Below, piece after piece: positions 48,443-58,476 of a DNA stretch of 64,000 bases. The notes below the pieces were generated by a model. It was not told where the DNA came from. It saw only the letters and a list, made by a program, of their open reading frames with translations, and did no database searches. The stretch covers positions 30,375-94,374 of the IMG/VR virus record IMGVR_UViG_3300043313_001220; one strand, written 5' to 3'. The DNA is from a virus. Each line of letters starts with the position of its first letter. The stretch's first letter is position 1. The translations under genes and the position numbers were made by a program.

Positions 48443-51214
48443 ATGGCTGGGACCAGATGGCGCGGACTGCTCGCACCGATCAACAAGCCGACCGGTGACG
48501 GCCGACGCATCGCCCCCGGCGGGTTCACCAACCGGCCCCTGCCGTTGCCATTGAAGTGGCAGCGGGCCGACAGCAACGGCCACGACGAATCAGTGACAGT
48601 CGGCGTGATCGATGTGCTCAACATCGACGAAGAGGCCGGGGAGGTGTGGGGTGAGGGCGAGCTGTTCGACGACGTCAACCCGGCCACCACCCCGCAACTC
48701 GCCGAGGATGCCGCCACCGCGCGCACCCTGATGGAGAAGCGCGTGGTCGGCCCGTCCGTCGACCCGGGCTCCGCACAGGCGACGGCGGTCATGACCGGCA
48801 TGGACCGCGCCCCGACGATGGCCGAGATCCAGCGGTTCTGCGACCAGAACGACGGCAACATGCCGCCAACGGAGATGCTGTTCACCGACTACGAGATCGC
48901 CGGTGCGACCCTGGTGCCGATCCCGGCGTTCTCCGAAGCCCGCCCGCTGGAGCTGATGGCAGCGGGGGCTGGTCTGACCGCGTCCAAGGTGCGTTCCGGC
49001 GGTTGGGACAGCCTGCCGATCGCCGCACGCGACCGGGCGTGGGACGGCGACGCCGCGAAAGCCCGCCTGGCCACCGACTGCGGCCTGGACGGCGACAGCC
49101 CCGATTGGGACTGCTACGCCTCCGGGTTCCTCTACCAGTATACCGACCGCGACCCGCAGACCCGCGGCGCGTACAGCTTCCCGGTGGTTGATGTCATCGA
49201 CGGGCAACGTCAGATCGTGCCGGCAGCGGTCTACGCGGCGGCCAACATCCTGTCCGGGGGGCGCGGCGGCACCGACATCCCCGCCGAGAAGCAGAAGGCG
49301 ATGCGCACCGTGGTCGCGTCGCTTTACAAGCGGCTGGCGAAGGAATTCGACGACGACAGTGTCCGCGCGCCGTGGGCCGGCAAGATGTCGGCCATCCTGG
49401 CGGCGGCGGGGTTGCCCCCGCTGGACGGATCGCTATTCCTCGACCCGGAGCTGGACCGGATCACCCCGTTGACCCGCGAGCCGATGGGCAACGGGTGGAC
49501 GCGGGTGTTTGGCCACATCGCCACCCACGACGTCTGCCTGGTCGGGCAGCCGGGTGGGGTGTGCACCACAGCGCCGTTCAGTGACCAGGACTACCAGACC
49601 TTCCACCGCTACCACCGGACTGCCGGCGGGGTCGAGTTGCCGCTCGCGGTCGGTCGTCTGACCGCAGCGCACGGCCAGCTGTCGGCCACCTGCCGGTGCT
49701 GCCCCGGCAATGATGACCACGCGTGCAACAACGTCGGGTTCGGTGCGGCGGTCGCGCACCACGACCGGATGCGGGTGCTGGCTTATGGCCGGGCGGGCGA
49801 GGACGAGCGGAACAACGCGATCTGGTTTGCCGGGGTCGAGGCCCCGGAGGTGGACGAGCGTGACGTCAAGCTCTTGAACCGCCGGAAGGTCTCCGGCGAC
49901 TGGCGCGAGACCGCAGGCAACATGGAGCTGGTGGAGATCCTGGTGCTGTCACGCCGGGAGCCCGGCTTCCCGCTACCGCGGGTGTCGGTGGAGAACGGCC
50001 GGCAGCGCTCGCTGACCGCTGCCAGCCCGATCGGGGCGATCATCGAACGGGAAGGCGGCCAGGCGGAGGTGATCGACACCGGGCAGCTCGGCGAGGCGAT
50101 CGGTCTCGCGGTCGCGGGAGTGCTGGGCGAGTTCGGATTGAATCCGAGGCAGAGACGCGAGCCGGAGCCGCCGGATGCCGGCCAGGGTGGCGGAGACAGC
50201 CCGGTGGCAGATCGGGGGCGCGGGGCATATAATGCTGCCGTAATGAACGGAGCGCTAGCGGCTCAGGCCGAGAACGAAGGCGACCCGGACGACGAGCTGG
50301 AGAGCCAGATGGGGTTCATCCAGGGATTGATGGGCGAGCAGGACGTCGACAGCAGCCTGGAGATCAATATGGCGGTCGACCACCTACGAGAGATGCTGCT
50401 GCGGAGCTATCTGGACGTCGAAGACCTGCCGGAGTTCGACACGGATGGTCTCCCGGCGGTTACCGCTGCCGCAGCCGTCCACACCGGGGCGATGGTCGCC
50501 TTGCGGATGAGCGAGGCCGATGCCGCCCGACTGGCTGTGACTGACGGCGAGCCGCTGGACCAGCTACACCTGACGCTGGCCTACCTCGGGGATGCCGACC
50601 AGATCCCGCCGGAGGTCCGGGAGAAGATCGCCGCGAGGATGGGCCGGGTCGCTGGCAGTTACAAGGAGCCGTTGGTCGGGGACGGTTTCGCAGTCGATGT
50701 GTTCAACCCCGGGACGGCCAACAACCGGGACACGGCGATCGTGATGGGCGTGGGCGGTCAGTCGGTGGCCGACGTGCATGAAGCGGTCATGGGCGGGCTC
50801 GGCGACATCGAGGAGCTCTCGATGCCCGAGCAACACGCCCCGTGGGTGCCCCACACGACCTTGCAGTACACCGACGATCTGAACCGCGTCAAGGCCCTCG
50901 CGGACCGGGTCGGGCCGGTGACGTTCGACCGGCTGCGGCTTGCGTTCGGCGGCGAGGTCACCGACATCCCGATCGGGGCTGCGACCGCCGAGGGTGGCGA
51001 CGAGGATGACCAGCAAGGCGCGGCATTTGCGAGCGGTATCGAAGGCGGTAAGATGTGCGCCAAGATGGGCTGCGGCAAGAACAGCACCGAGTGCGCCACC
51101 TGTACCGACTGCACCCCAGCAGTGCTGGGGACCCGCGCGCAGGCGGCGACGCTGGCCCTGCGGGCGACCCTGGCGGCCAGCCAGCTCGGGTGCTGCAAGA
51201 CCCCCGCGAGATGA
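48443..51214 (+). CDS. capsid maturation protease multidomain protein with C-terminal 2H phosphoesterase
   Basis: PTGDGR, GH..S..VG, PSVD, IAGATLV..PAF protease motifs; HLTL (50567) and HTTL (50852) 2H motifs. Confidence 0.8.
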   Translation: MAGTRWRGLLAPINKPTGDGRRIAPGGFTNRPLPLPLKWQRADSNGHDESVTVGVIDVLNIDEEAGEVWGEGELFDDVNPATTPQLAEDAATARTLMEKRVVGPSVDPGSAQATAVMTGMDRAPTMAEIQRFCDQNDGNMPPTEMLFTDYEIAGATLVPIPAFSEARPLELMAAGAGLTASKVRSGGWDSLPIAARDRAWDGDAAKARLATDCGLDGDSPDWDCYASGFLYQYTDRDPQTRGAYSFPVVDVIDGQRQIVPAAVYAAANILSGGRGGTDIPAEKQKAMRTVVASLYKRLAKEFDDDSVRAPWAGKMSAILAAAGLPPLDGSLFLDPELDRITPLTREPMGNGWTRVFGHIATHDVCLVGQPGGVCTTAPFSDQDYQTFHRYHRTAGGVELPLAVGRLTAAHGQLSATCRCCPGNDDHACNNVGFGAAVAHHDRMRVLAYGRAGEDERNNAIWFAGVEAPEVDERDVKLLNRRKVSGDWRETAGNMELVEILVLSRREPGFPLPRVSVENGRQRSLTAASPIGAIIEREGGQAEVIDTGQLGEAIGLAVAGVLGEFGLNPRQRREPEPPDAGQGGGDSPVADRGRGAYNAAVMNGALAAQAENEGDPDDELESQMGFIQGLMGEQDVDSSLEINMAVDHLREMLLRSYLDVEDLPEFDTDGLPAVTAAAAVHTGAMVALRMSEADAARLAVTDGEPLDQLHLTLAYLGDADQIPPEVREKIAARMGRVAGSYKEPLVGDGFAVDVFNPGTANNRDTAIVMGVGGQSVADVHEAVMGGLGDIEELSMPEQHAPWVPHTTLQYTDDLNRVKALADRVGPVTFDRLRLAFGGEVTDIPIGAATAEGGDEDDQQGAAFASGIEGGKMCAKMGCGKNSTECATCTDCTPAVLGTRAQAATLALRATLAASQLGCCKTPAR

Positions 51215-51224
51215 GGAGCGGACC

Positions 51225-51362
51225 ATGTGCAGATGTGGTAGCAAGACGAAGTTCAAGGTTGTCCTGCCGAACGGCAAGACGATGTTGAAGAACAGCCGGG
51301 CCGCGGCCGAGTTGGCCAAGGCGAAGGTGCCGGGGGCGACGATCGTGGAGGTCAAGAAGTGA
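51225..51362 (+). CDS. small basic protein (MCRCG...)
   Basis: GAGGAG RBS; 45 aa. Confidence 0.55.
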   Translation: MCRCGSKTKFKVVLPNGKTMLKNSRAAAELAKAKVPGATIVEVKK

Positions 51363-51646
51363 GCCCGTTCGGCGTTGGCATCCCGGTTCATTATGTCGCC
51401 CGAGGGTCGGCAGACGGCAGGTTCCCGTCGATCTGCCGCGCCGCCTGGGTCACCGAGATCGACGCGGACGACCCGGACACGGTCGGTGTGTTCGTCGCCA
51501 ATCCAACGGGGCTGTTTTTTTACAGCCTCGGGGACGGTGGTCTGCCTTACGACGACGGCCACCCGCCGGACGGCTCTCTGGGGGCGACATGCGGTGACGG
51601 CATGATCTATCCGGGCGGCACCTGGCACCGGCCGCCGGGGGCGTGA
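51359..51646 (+). CDS. hypothetical protein
   Basis: G.PVHYV..GS.DG..PS.CRAA.VTE...NPTGLFF...GTWH. Confidence 0.65.
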   Translation: MSPFGVGIPVHYVARGSADGRFPSICRAAWVTEIDADDPDTVGVFVANPTGLFFYSLGDGGLPYDDGHPPDGSLGATCGDGMIYPGGTWHRPPGA

Positions 51647-53031
51647 ATATGGACCTGTCGATCCGCGCCCGCGCTGCCACCGCCATCTTCGACATGGCGA
51701 CGTTCGGCTTCAACCCCGGCCAGAAGCGCGGTCCGGATGGCCGGTTCATCAAGATGGGCGGGCGCGGCAGTGCCGGCAAGGGCGGCCTTCCGAAAGGCGC
51801 GCGGCCCAGTGAAGGCGGCGGGGCCGGTGCTGGTGGTGGTGGCGGCACCCTCCCGGCCGCGACGCCTCCTCCACCTGCTCCCGCCGCGCCCCGCCGCATG
51901 GACGAGCTGGATCGACGGATCGCCGACAATGAGCAGTTGATCAACGAACCCGGCGAGGAATACCTCGCCGACCGTCGCCGCGCCGATCTGGAGATCCAGA
52001 AGAAGGCGCGAGCCACGTTCGGAGACCCCGAGCCGGGCGAGACGGACGCCGAACACGAGGCTCGGGTGTTCTCGAAGATCAAAGCGGCTGCGGCTGTCGT
52101 AGATGACGCGAAGGCCGCAGGCTGGGTGTCGCGCGTTACCCACGGTACGGACATCAGCGGCATGCCGTTCGTGACCGTCGAGGTGGGCAACCCCGACACG
52201 AAAGAGACCTTCAGCACGACCTGGCACACCCGCAAGAACGGCACCTACCAGCTGTTCAGTCAGTCGACGGTGACGCGGGTTAGCGACAAAGGCATATTTG
52301 AGGGTGGCCGGAGATACGGCAGCGAGCGCACACCCACCAAGCTCCGCGAGATCATGGCACAGGAACCCGCGGCAGGCGCTCCGGCTGCTCCTGCGAACCC
52401 GGCGGCGGCCACCCCGGGGATCGGGTCGGACGGCCAATACGTCAAACCGGTCAAGCAGGTCGCGACCTGGAACGGGCAGGTTGAGACCCGGACCTCTCGA
52501 CACCCATACAACTACGTGTCAGTCGTGCAATTCGGTGGCGACGAACCTGTGATCCTGTCGTGGCATCGCACCCGGGCGGCAGCCGAGAAAGGCACACTGA
52601 CCAAAAACCAGCGCGACAACGGGTCGCGGGTGGTCGCGGTGGCCGAAGTCAAACCGGAGCAGCCGGGGGAGAACGCCTCCGCCAGTGCTGAGGCGCAACG
52701 TCTCGACCGGCTGGTGAAGAACGCCACCACGATGTACGGGTCGGACGAGTCGAAGTGGCCGGCGCGGGCACAACAGGACGTCGCCCGACTGCGCAAGAAG
52801 CGGGCGGCGATGTCCAGCGATGCCGACGTCTTCGCGATGCCCGATGACCTTGCCGACCACTGGATCCACGGTGAAGGTGCGGCCAAGATCCGCTGGTGCA
52901 CGGAAGGGGCCTTCGAACGGGCGCGCAGGGCACTACGTGAGCACGTCCCCGCGCCGATGCTTGACGGCACGGTCGCCAACCTCTACAAGCGGGCATGTGG
53001 CAAGTGGCCGGGACAGGACCGGGACCAATGA
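51643..53031 (+). CDS. putative virion-associated protein with RARAA/FNPxQxRGPDG signal
   Basis: N-term DLSIRARAATA...FNPGQKRGPDGRF; C-term W..GEGAAKIRW..EGAF.R...G..ANL. Confidence 0.7.
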   Translation: MNMDLSIRARAATAIFDMATFGFNPGQKRGPDGRFIKMGGRGSAGKGGLPKGARPSEGGGAGAGGGGGTLPAATPPPPAPAAPRRMDELDRRIADNEQLINEPGEEYLADRRRADLEIQKKARATFGDPEPGETDAEHEARVFSKIKAAAAVVDDAKAAGWVSRVTHGTDISGMPFVTVEVGNPDTKETFSTTWHTRKNGTYQLFSQSTVTRVSDKGIFEGGRRYGSERTPTKLREIMAQEPAAGAPAAPANPAAATPGIGSDGQYVKPVKQVATWNGQVETRTSRHPYNYVSVVQFGGDEPVILSWHRTRAAAEKGTLTKNQRDNGSRVVAVAEVKPEQPGENASASAEAQRLDRLVKNATTMYGSDESKWPARAQQDVARLRKKRAAMSSDADVFAMPDDLADHWIHGEGAAKIRWCTEGAFERARRALREHVPAPMLDGTVANLYKRACGKWPGQDRDQ

Positions 53032-53384
53032 GCGGGCTGCCACGAGCACTCGACACCCAGCGGGCCGCCTTCACTTTGGCCGCCCAACGCGCCAGGTTCG
53101 GCGCGATGCACACGCTGGCCGTGGAAGACCCGGTGCGGTACACTGCTGGCACGAGACTACCCGAGAGAGACACAGCCATGAGCACCCTGAATGTTACGGA
53201 CGTTGCCAGCGGCAACGTGCTCGACCGGGTCACACTCGACCCTGCCGGCAACCTGGGCTACGAGACCGGCGCGGCCCGCGACATGTTCGAGTCGCTGATC
53301 AACAGCCTCGGGATCACCCCGGCAGAGGCGTTCGAGATGCGGACCGGCTGGTCGAACGGCTACGTCTCCGCCAAGCTGATCTGA
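53028..53384 (+). CDS. hypothetical protein
   Basis: Ends GWSNGYVSAKLI; start uncertain (53028 or 53178). Confidence 0.5.
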   Translation: MSGLPRALDTQRAAFTLAAQRARFGAMHTLAVEDPVRYTAGTRLPERDTAMSTLNVTDVASGNVLDRVTLDPAGNLGYETGAARDMFESLINSLGITPAEAFEMRTGWSNGYVSAKLI

Positions 53385-53391
53385 GGTCGGC

Positions 53392-54249
53392 ATGTCGATG
53401 GAGCTGCAGGCACGGGCGGCGGTGGCCCGCTTGACCCTCGATATGCTTGCATTTAACCCGCGTCAGCTGCGCGGGCCAGACGGTCGGTGGATCAAGAGCG
53501 GAGCCGGAGCGTCGCCACCTGCCGCAGCCCCCGCACCACCTCGTGTCGCACGCAAGCCGGCAGGACGGACCGGTGCCAACAGCTGGCTCGATGCCATCCG
53601 CCGGGGCGAGTCGACCGACGATGCCAAACGCCAGATCGGCGAGATGTTCGAGTACACCGACCCGCAGACCGGCTACCGGTCCGAGGTCACGCAGGTTAAC
53701 GCGAACGGCAGCGCCGAGCGGCCATCGTACTTCGCGATCATCTCGATCAAGGACCCGACGGGCCTGGAGGTTGGTCGGGCCACCCGCAGTGTCTGGCCGA
53801 TCAAGACCGACCCGTCGAAGTCCGGGGTGCAGCACGGGTCGTTCCTGCTGAGCAGACGCGTCCAGGGCGGCGGGTTCTCCAAGCGGTGGCTGGCCCAGAT
53901 GGAGGACCGCTACCGCGAGGCCGGCATCGACCGGATCACGCTGTTCACGGACGACGTCGGCGGGTACGCCTGGGCGAAAGCCGGGTTCGACTTCGAGAAC
54001 CGCGACGGCGCGAAACACGTTGCCTCCCTACTCGGTCGCAAACTGCGCTCCAAGGAGGGCAAGCGGGACCTGCCGCAGCGGGTGATCACCGATGGGGAGG
54101 AGCTGATCCGCCGGGCGCAGTCGACAGACCCGGAGGAGCGGCCGACGCCGATGGAGTTCGCGATGCTCGGTTGGACCCCAGGGGCGCAGACCTGGGTTGG
54201 CAAGGAGTCGATGTTGGGATCTGGGTGGGGAGGGGTGAAACGGCTATGA
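53392..54249 (+). CDS. putative virion-associated GNAT-like protein
   Basis: ELQARAAVA..FNPRQLRGPDGRW; VQGGGFSKRW; VGGYAWAKAGFDF. Confidence 0.7.
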   Translation: MSMELQARAAVARLTLDMLAFNPRQLRGPDGRWIKSGAGASPPAAAPAPPRVARKPAGRTGANSWLDAIRRGESTDDAKRQIGEMFEYTDPQTGYRSEVTQVNANGSAERPSYFAIISIKDPTGLEVGRATRSVWPIKTDPSKSGVQHGSFLLSRRVQGGGFSKRWLAQMEDRYREAGIDRITLFTDDVGGYAWAKAGFDFENRDGAKHVASLLGRKLRSKEGKRDLPQRVITDGEELIRRAQSTDPEERPTPMEFAMLGWTPGAQTWVGKESMLGSGWGGVKRL

Positions 54250-54461
54250 GCAGGCCGACACGCAAGACCGTGCTGAAGCAGCTGTCGGAGCTGAACGCAC
54301 GGTGGGTCGATCGTCTGGTGGCACAGGGGGCGACGACCGACGAGTACGGCCAGCCGGTCGGGGTGACACCCGACCAGGAGGACGAGTATCTGTCTGCGGT
54401 GCAGCGGGTGCTGAAAGGCGAGGGGGTCGGACGGTGAATCTCAGCCTGCGGGCGCGCTGCT

Positions 54462-55385
54462 GTGGCCGCACTAGATCTGGCCGCACTAGATCTGGCCATC
54501 ATGGGGTTCAACCCCGGCCAACGTCGCGGTCCGGGTGGCCGGTGGATCAAGATGGGTGGCAAGGGTAGCGCAGGCGAATCGGGCCCTGCTGTAGGGCGCG
54601 CTCCCCGGCCCAAGAAGACCACCGGCAACACATCTCCCAGCGGCAAGACGGGCGGGGCGGTTGACATTATGGCCGACCTGAACGCGCGTGGCAAGAACCT
54701 CGAACGCAGGCAGGCCCTGGATGGGCCCGACACGCCTGCCAACATGGTTGAGTGGGCTGAACGGATGTTTGAGTTCAGCGACCCCCAGACTGGCTTCACG
54801 ACTCGGGTGTCCAGGGTGCGGGCGGCTGCCGCGCCAGATCCCGAGCTGGGGAAAGGGGCCTCCAACTTAGAAGCGGTTGTCGACGTCCTTGACGCGTCGG
54901 GCAAAAAGATCGGGTTCGCCGACCGACGGCTCGTATTCAACCGCGATGGTGACAAGCTGCAAATGTACCACCTGTCGTTCCATCTGGACCCGAAGGTCCA
55001 AGGTGGCGGGTTCTCCAGTCGTTGGCTGCGCCAGATGGAGGACCGCTACCGCCAGGAAGGCATAGATCGGATGGCCCTCACCGCCGCAGACAAGGTCGGC
55101 GGCTATGCGTGGGCGAAAGCGGGTTTTGATTTTGAACACCAGGCCGCAGCGGAGGGAGTGGCCGCCCGATTGAAGACGATGGAGAATCGACTTACCGCAG
55201 CCGGCATGTCTCCGGAAGTGAAAGCCGAGGGGGATGAACTGATCCGCCGCGCCAAGTCGGGCAATCCGGAGGAGCGGCCCACCCCTATGGAGTTCGCGAT
55301 GCTGGGCTGGACCCCCGGGGCCACGACCTGGCCCGGCAAGCAGTTGATGTTGGGTGCCGCCTGGGACGGGGTGAAAGAGCTGTGA
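54462..55385 (+). CDS. paralogous GNAT-like virion-associated protein (N-terminal signal frameshifted)
   Basis: FNPGQRRGPGGRW; VQGGGFSSRW; VGGYAWAKAGFDF; ERPTPMEFAMLGWTPG shared with 53392 ORF. Confidence 0.7.
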   Translation: MAALDLAALDLAIMGFNPGQRRGPGGRWIKMGGKGSAGESGPAVGRAPRPKKTTGNTSPSGKTGGAVDIMADLNARGKNLERRQALDGPDTPANMVEWAERMFEFSDPQTGFTTRVSRVRAAAAPDPELGKGASNLEAVVDVLDASGKKIGFADRRLVFNRDGDKLQMYHLSFHLDPKVQGGGFSSRWLRQMEDRYRQEGIDRMALTAADKVGGYAWAKAGFDFEHQAAAEGVAARLKTMENRLTAAGMSPEVKAEGDELIRRAKSGNPEERPTPMEFAMLGWTPGATTWPGKQLMLGAAWDGVKEL

Positions 55386-56701
55386 CACTTGATCTGCGGG
55401 CTCGCGCTGCCACGGCGTTGTTGGAGCTGGCATTCAACCCGCACCAGCGTCGCGGCCCGGACGGCAAGTGGGTCAAGATGCCCACCAATGAGCTGAAGCG
55501 GCCACGCAGGACGAAGAAGCCGCGTGCCGCCAAAGCTGTGGACGCTCCCGCCCCTGCCGGGATCCGGTCGGACGAGCTGCCCCCGATCAACCTGCCCGAC
55601 CCGATGGTCGAATACCGCCGGATCCGCGACGAGTACAACGATGCCGTCCTGTCGGTCGCCCGCTATGTGACCGACAAGAATGGCCTCGCCGGCAAGAAGG
55701 ACGACGATCTGGCCGAATATTTGGCTGCTGCGGAACAGCCCGGCGGAGAGTTCTTCAGCCAAGATGACGCCGTTGATGATCTGCGCAGTCTGCTGGACAC
55801 CCGATATCGGGATGTCGCCATGGGGCTGGACTGGACCCCCCAACTACCAGAGACACGCCCGGTGCCGCTCCTGCCGCCCGGTCCCCGCACCTCGGGGGGT
55901 CCGCGCCCGCCGCTCACCGACCGCTACGAGGACCGCCGGCAAGCACTGGACCGCAGCATCCGGTCCGGCATCGACGGCCAGGACCTCATCGGCGGCGGGG
56001 AGATGGGCGACACCCGTCGGATCCAGCTGGCCGACGGGACCGAGGCGATCTACAAGCGGGCCATGGGCGAGTGGACCGCCGGGTGGGGCAAGCGGGAGCA
56101 GACCGACGCGGAGGAGCTGGGGGCGATGGTGGCCGCTGCTGTCGGGGTTCGGGCCCCGGCGATCCAGCGTATCGACGACGAGACGCTGTACATGGAGGTC
56201 ATGCCGGGCAGGCCCGCCATGTCCGAGCGCATCCACAATGTCCCGAATGAGCTGGCCGACTCCCCCCAGGGCATACGGATGGGGCTGCTCGATGTGCTGT
56301 TGAACAACGTCGACCGCCACGGTGGCAACTGGATGATCGACGACCGGGGGCAGATCGCGGCGATCGACCACGGACTGGCATTCAAGGTCAAGACCACCGA
56401 CAGCTCCTCGGCCACCCGCAGCCGGTTCTCCACCGACCACTTCATCGACGATGTTGGCGGATATCGGGACCGGAACCCGCTGACCCGGCTCGATGTCGAG
56501 ATCGTGCGCCAGCAATTGGAGGCGATCCGGCCGCGGTTCGAGCAGCTCGGGCGGGGGGAGTGGTACGGGCAGGTCCTGGATCGTCTGGACAAGCTGTCTG
56601 CCCGCGCGGCGGGTTTCCGCAGTCTACTTGAGGACACCCCGGAGATGTTCTCTTCGAGAGCCGCAGCCGCAATGGCCATCCTGCGCAGCCCAGCGGTGTG
56701 A
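55382..56701 (+). CDS. putative virion-associated HipA/PI3-PI4-kinase-like protein
   Basis: DLRARAATA..FNPHQRRGPDGKW; IYKR; E..A; DVLLNNVDRHGGNWM; AIDHGLAF. Confidence 0.8.
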   Translation: MTLDLRARAATALLELAFNPHQRRGPDGKWVKMPTNELKRPRRTKKPRAAKAVDAPAPAGIRSDELPPINLPDPMVEYRRIRDEYNDAVLSVARYVTDKNGLAGKKDDDLAEYLAAAEQPGGEFFSQDDAVDDLRSLLDTRYRDVAMGLDWTPQLPETRPVPLLPPGPRTSGGPRPPLTDRYEDRRQALDRSIRSGIDGQDLIGGGEMGDTRRIQLADGTEAIYKRAMGEWTAGWGKREQTDAEELGAMVAAAVGVRAPAIQRIDDETLYMEVMPGRPAMSERIHNVPNELADSPQGIRMGLLDVLLNNVDRHGGNWMIDDRGQIAAIDHGLAFKVKTTDSSSATRSRFSTDHFIDDVGGYRDRNPLTRLDVEIVRQQLEAIRPRFEQLGRGEWYGQVLDRLDKLSARAAGFRSLLEDTPEMFSSRAAAAMAILRSPAV

Positions 56702-56886
56702 TGGCACGCATGCCGGGGCGTCTCTTTCCGTCGTGGTGCCCCTCGTGCAAACGCCCGGCAGGTGTGGACTGCCCGGACACCGCCAAAAGCCCCCGGACCG
56801 TCCGGCGGATGTTGGCGCGCGAGCTGCGCCGCATGGTAGACTCGGCCCGACCGTGATGGCACTCCGTGATGGAGAGAGGTGGGCGT

Positions 56887-57151
56887 GATGCCCAAGTTCA
56901 ACCTTTATGAGAAGACGAGCGGCCTACCGGGGGTCACCCCGGCCCGGCTGGAGCTGGGTTGGTCCAACGGCCAGGTCCAGATCGCGACCTGTACCGACGA
57001 CCTGGACGCGCTGCGGGCGCTCGGCGCGGCGGCGGCCCCCGACCAGCCGGATTGGCGGGGGGTCTTCATGCAGCTGGACCGCGACGGGATCAACGAGGCG
57101 ATCCGCAACCTGCGCAAGATCCGCGACAGTGCATTCGGGCGCGACGAATAG
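56887..57151 (+). CDS. hypothetical protein
   Basis: LELGWS...VQIAT...LDRDGINEAIRNLRKIRDSAFGRDE. Confidence 0.6.
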
Positions 57152-57162
57152 CCAGACACAGC

Positions 57163-57188
57163 GACGCCCCCCGCTTCCGAGGGGCGTC
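57163..57188. terminator. Hairpin between convergent units
   Basis: GACGCCCC...GGGGCGTC. Confidence 0.6.
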
Positions 57189-57570
57189 TGCGTGTGCGGG
57201 TCAGTTGTTGCTGACCGTGGGGGTGGGCTCCGGGCTCTCGTCGCCGCGCTTGCTAGCCTCTACGCCGCAGACGATGAGCGCCAGGAAGCCGAAGACCAGG
57301 AGCCAGATGACCCAGCCCGGAGTATTATGCCCGGTGGGCTGGTGGGGGTTATATTCCTTGCTCATGGGGGCTCCTCTCGCGGCGGGCAGTCTGCCCGCCG
57401 GCACCGCCGGTCTGGCCCGGCCTACGCGGTCCAGGTACCGCCATCTCAACTCTCCTCTGCGTGCGGATTAGTCTCGGTATCGATCAGCTTCAGATGGGGT
57501 GCGCACAGCCGCAAGATGGTAACCTCGCCGCTCGTCGTGTCGTGGATCAACGCCCTGAGTGTGTCGCCCA

Positions 57571-58476
57571 TCAGAACCTCCATGGATGTTGGTCGGCCGG
57601 CAGGACGACTGCATTCCTAACCGTCCCACCATCCCAGGATGTGCCGCCCAGTTGGCTGTCGGGCGGCTCCTCCAGGGCGATCGAGGCGAACAGGTGGCCG
57701 TCGATCAGCTGCCGGGCCAGGTCCCTACTGACTGCCATGCCGAACGCCCACAATCCGCCCTTGCCATCGCCTTGCAATGAGTCGACCGTCCCGACCCAGT
57801 CGCTGGTCTCGCAATTCTTGCTGAGGGACATCAGCTGAGCCGGACCCCCGTCGTGCAGGACGTAGCGGCCGGAGCTGCGCAGCGTGCGGCCGTCCACCGA
57901 TGGGACGTCCAGCAGTGCGACCCGACTGCACCAACGCCACATCGGCGGATCCGGGACCTTCGACATGGGCGGCTCGAACAGCGTCATCTCGACCTGTAGG
58001 AACAGCTCCCGGGCGCGCGGCCACCGGGACCGCAACGTCACCTCCGTGCGGATCGGGTTCCACTCGTCCAGCTCCCGCAGGGCCTCCGACAGCTCCGACA
58101 GCTGGGTGGCGATCTGCGAGCGGTCCCGCTGATCGAGGTCCCACTTGGTGAGGCCGGCCAGCAGCCCGTCGATCGCCTTCTCCAGATTGTCGGTGCCCAT
58201 CGAGCCGAAGAACTCGTCCATCCGCGTGGTCGGCTCGTGGTCCTTGGACCACAGCGGTTCCCTGTCGACCAGGTACTGCCAATCGCTCCTCTTGGTCGCG
58301 TGTTCCAGGCCCTTCGCGGACCGCAGTCCGTAGCGCTGCCCGTCGTAGAACGACCCGGGACGCTTCACCGTCAGGAACGCGCACGGTGCGCCCCACTCGG
58401 CGGTCCAGTACTCGATCTCGATGTCGCTGCGGGTGAACGGGGGGGTCTTGTCGTTCATCTCAATCTCCTGTCTCAT
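57571..58476 (-). CDS. hypothetical protein with C-terminal prohead-protease-like domain
   Basis: WCSRVALLDVPSVDGRTL...VGTVDSL...LWAFG resembles the N-terminus of the 48443 protease. Confidence 0.55.
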   Translation of the reverse strand: MRQEIEMNDKTPPFTRSDIEIEYWTAEWGAPCAFLTVKRPGSFYDGQRYGLRSAKGLEHATKRSDWQYLVDREPLWSKDHEPTTRMDEFFGSMGTDNLEKAIDGLLAGLTKWDLDQRDRSQIATQLSELSEALRELDEWNPIRTEVTLRSRWPRARELFLQVEMTLFEPPMSKVPDPPMWRWCSRVALLDVPSVDGRTLRSSGRYVLHDGGPAQLMSLSKNCETSDWVGTVDSLQGDGKGGLWAFGMAVSRDLARQLIDGHLFASIALEEPPDSQLGGTSWDGGTVRNAVVLPADQHPWRF

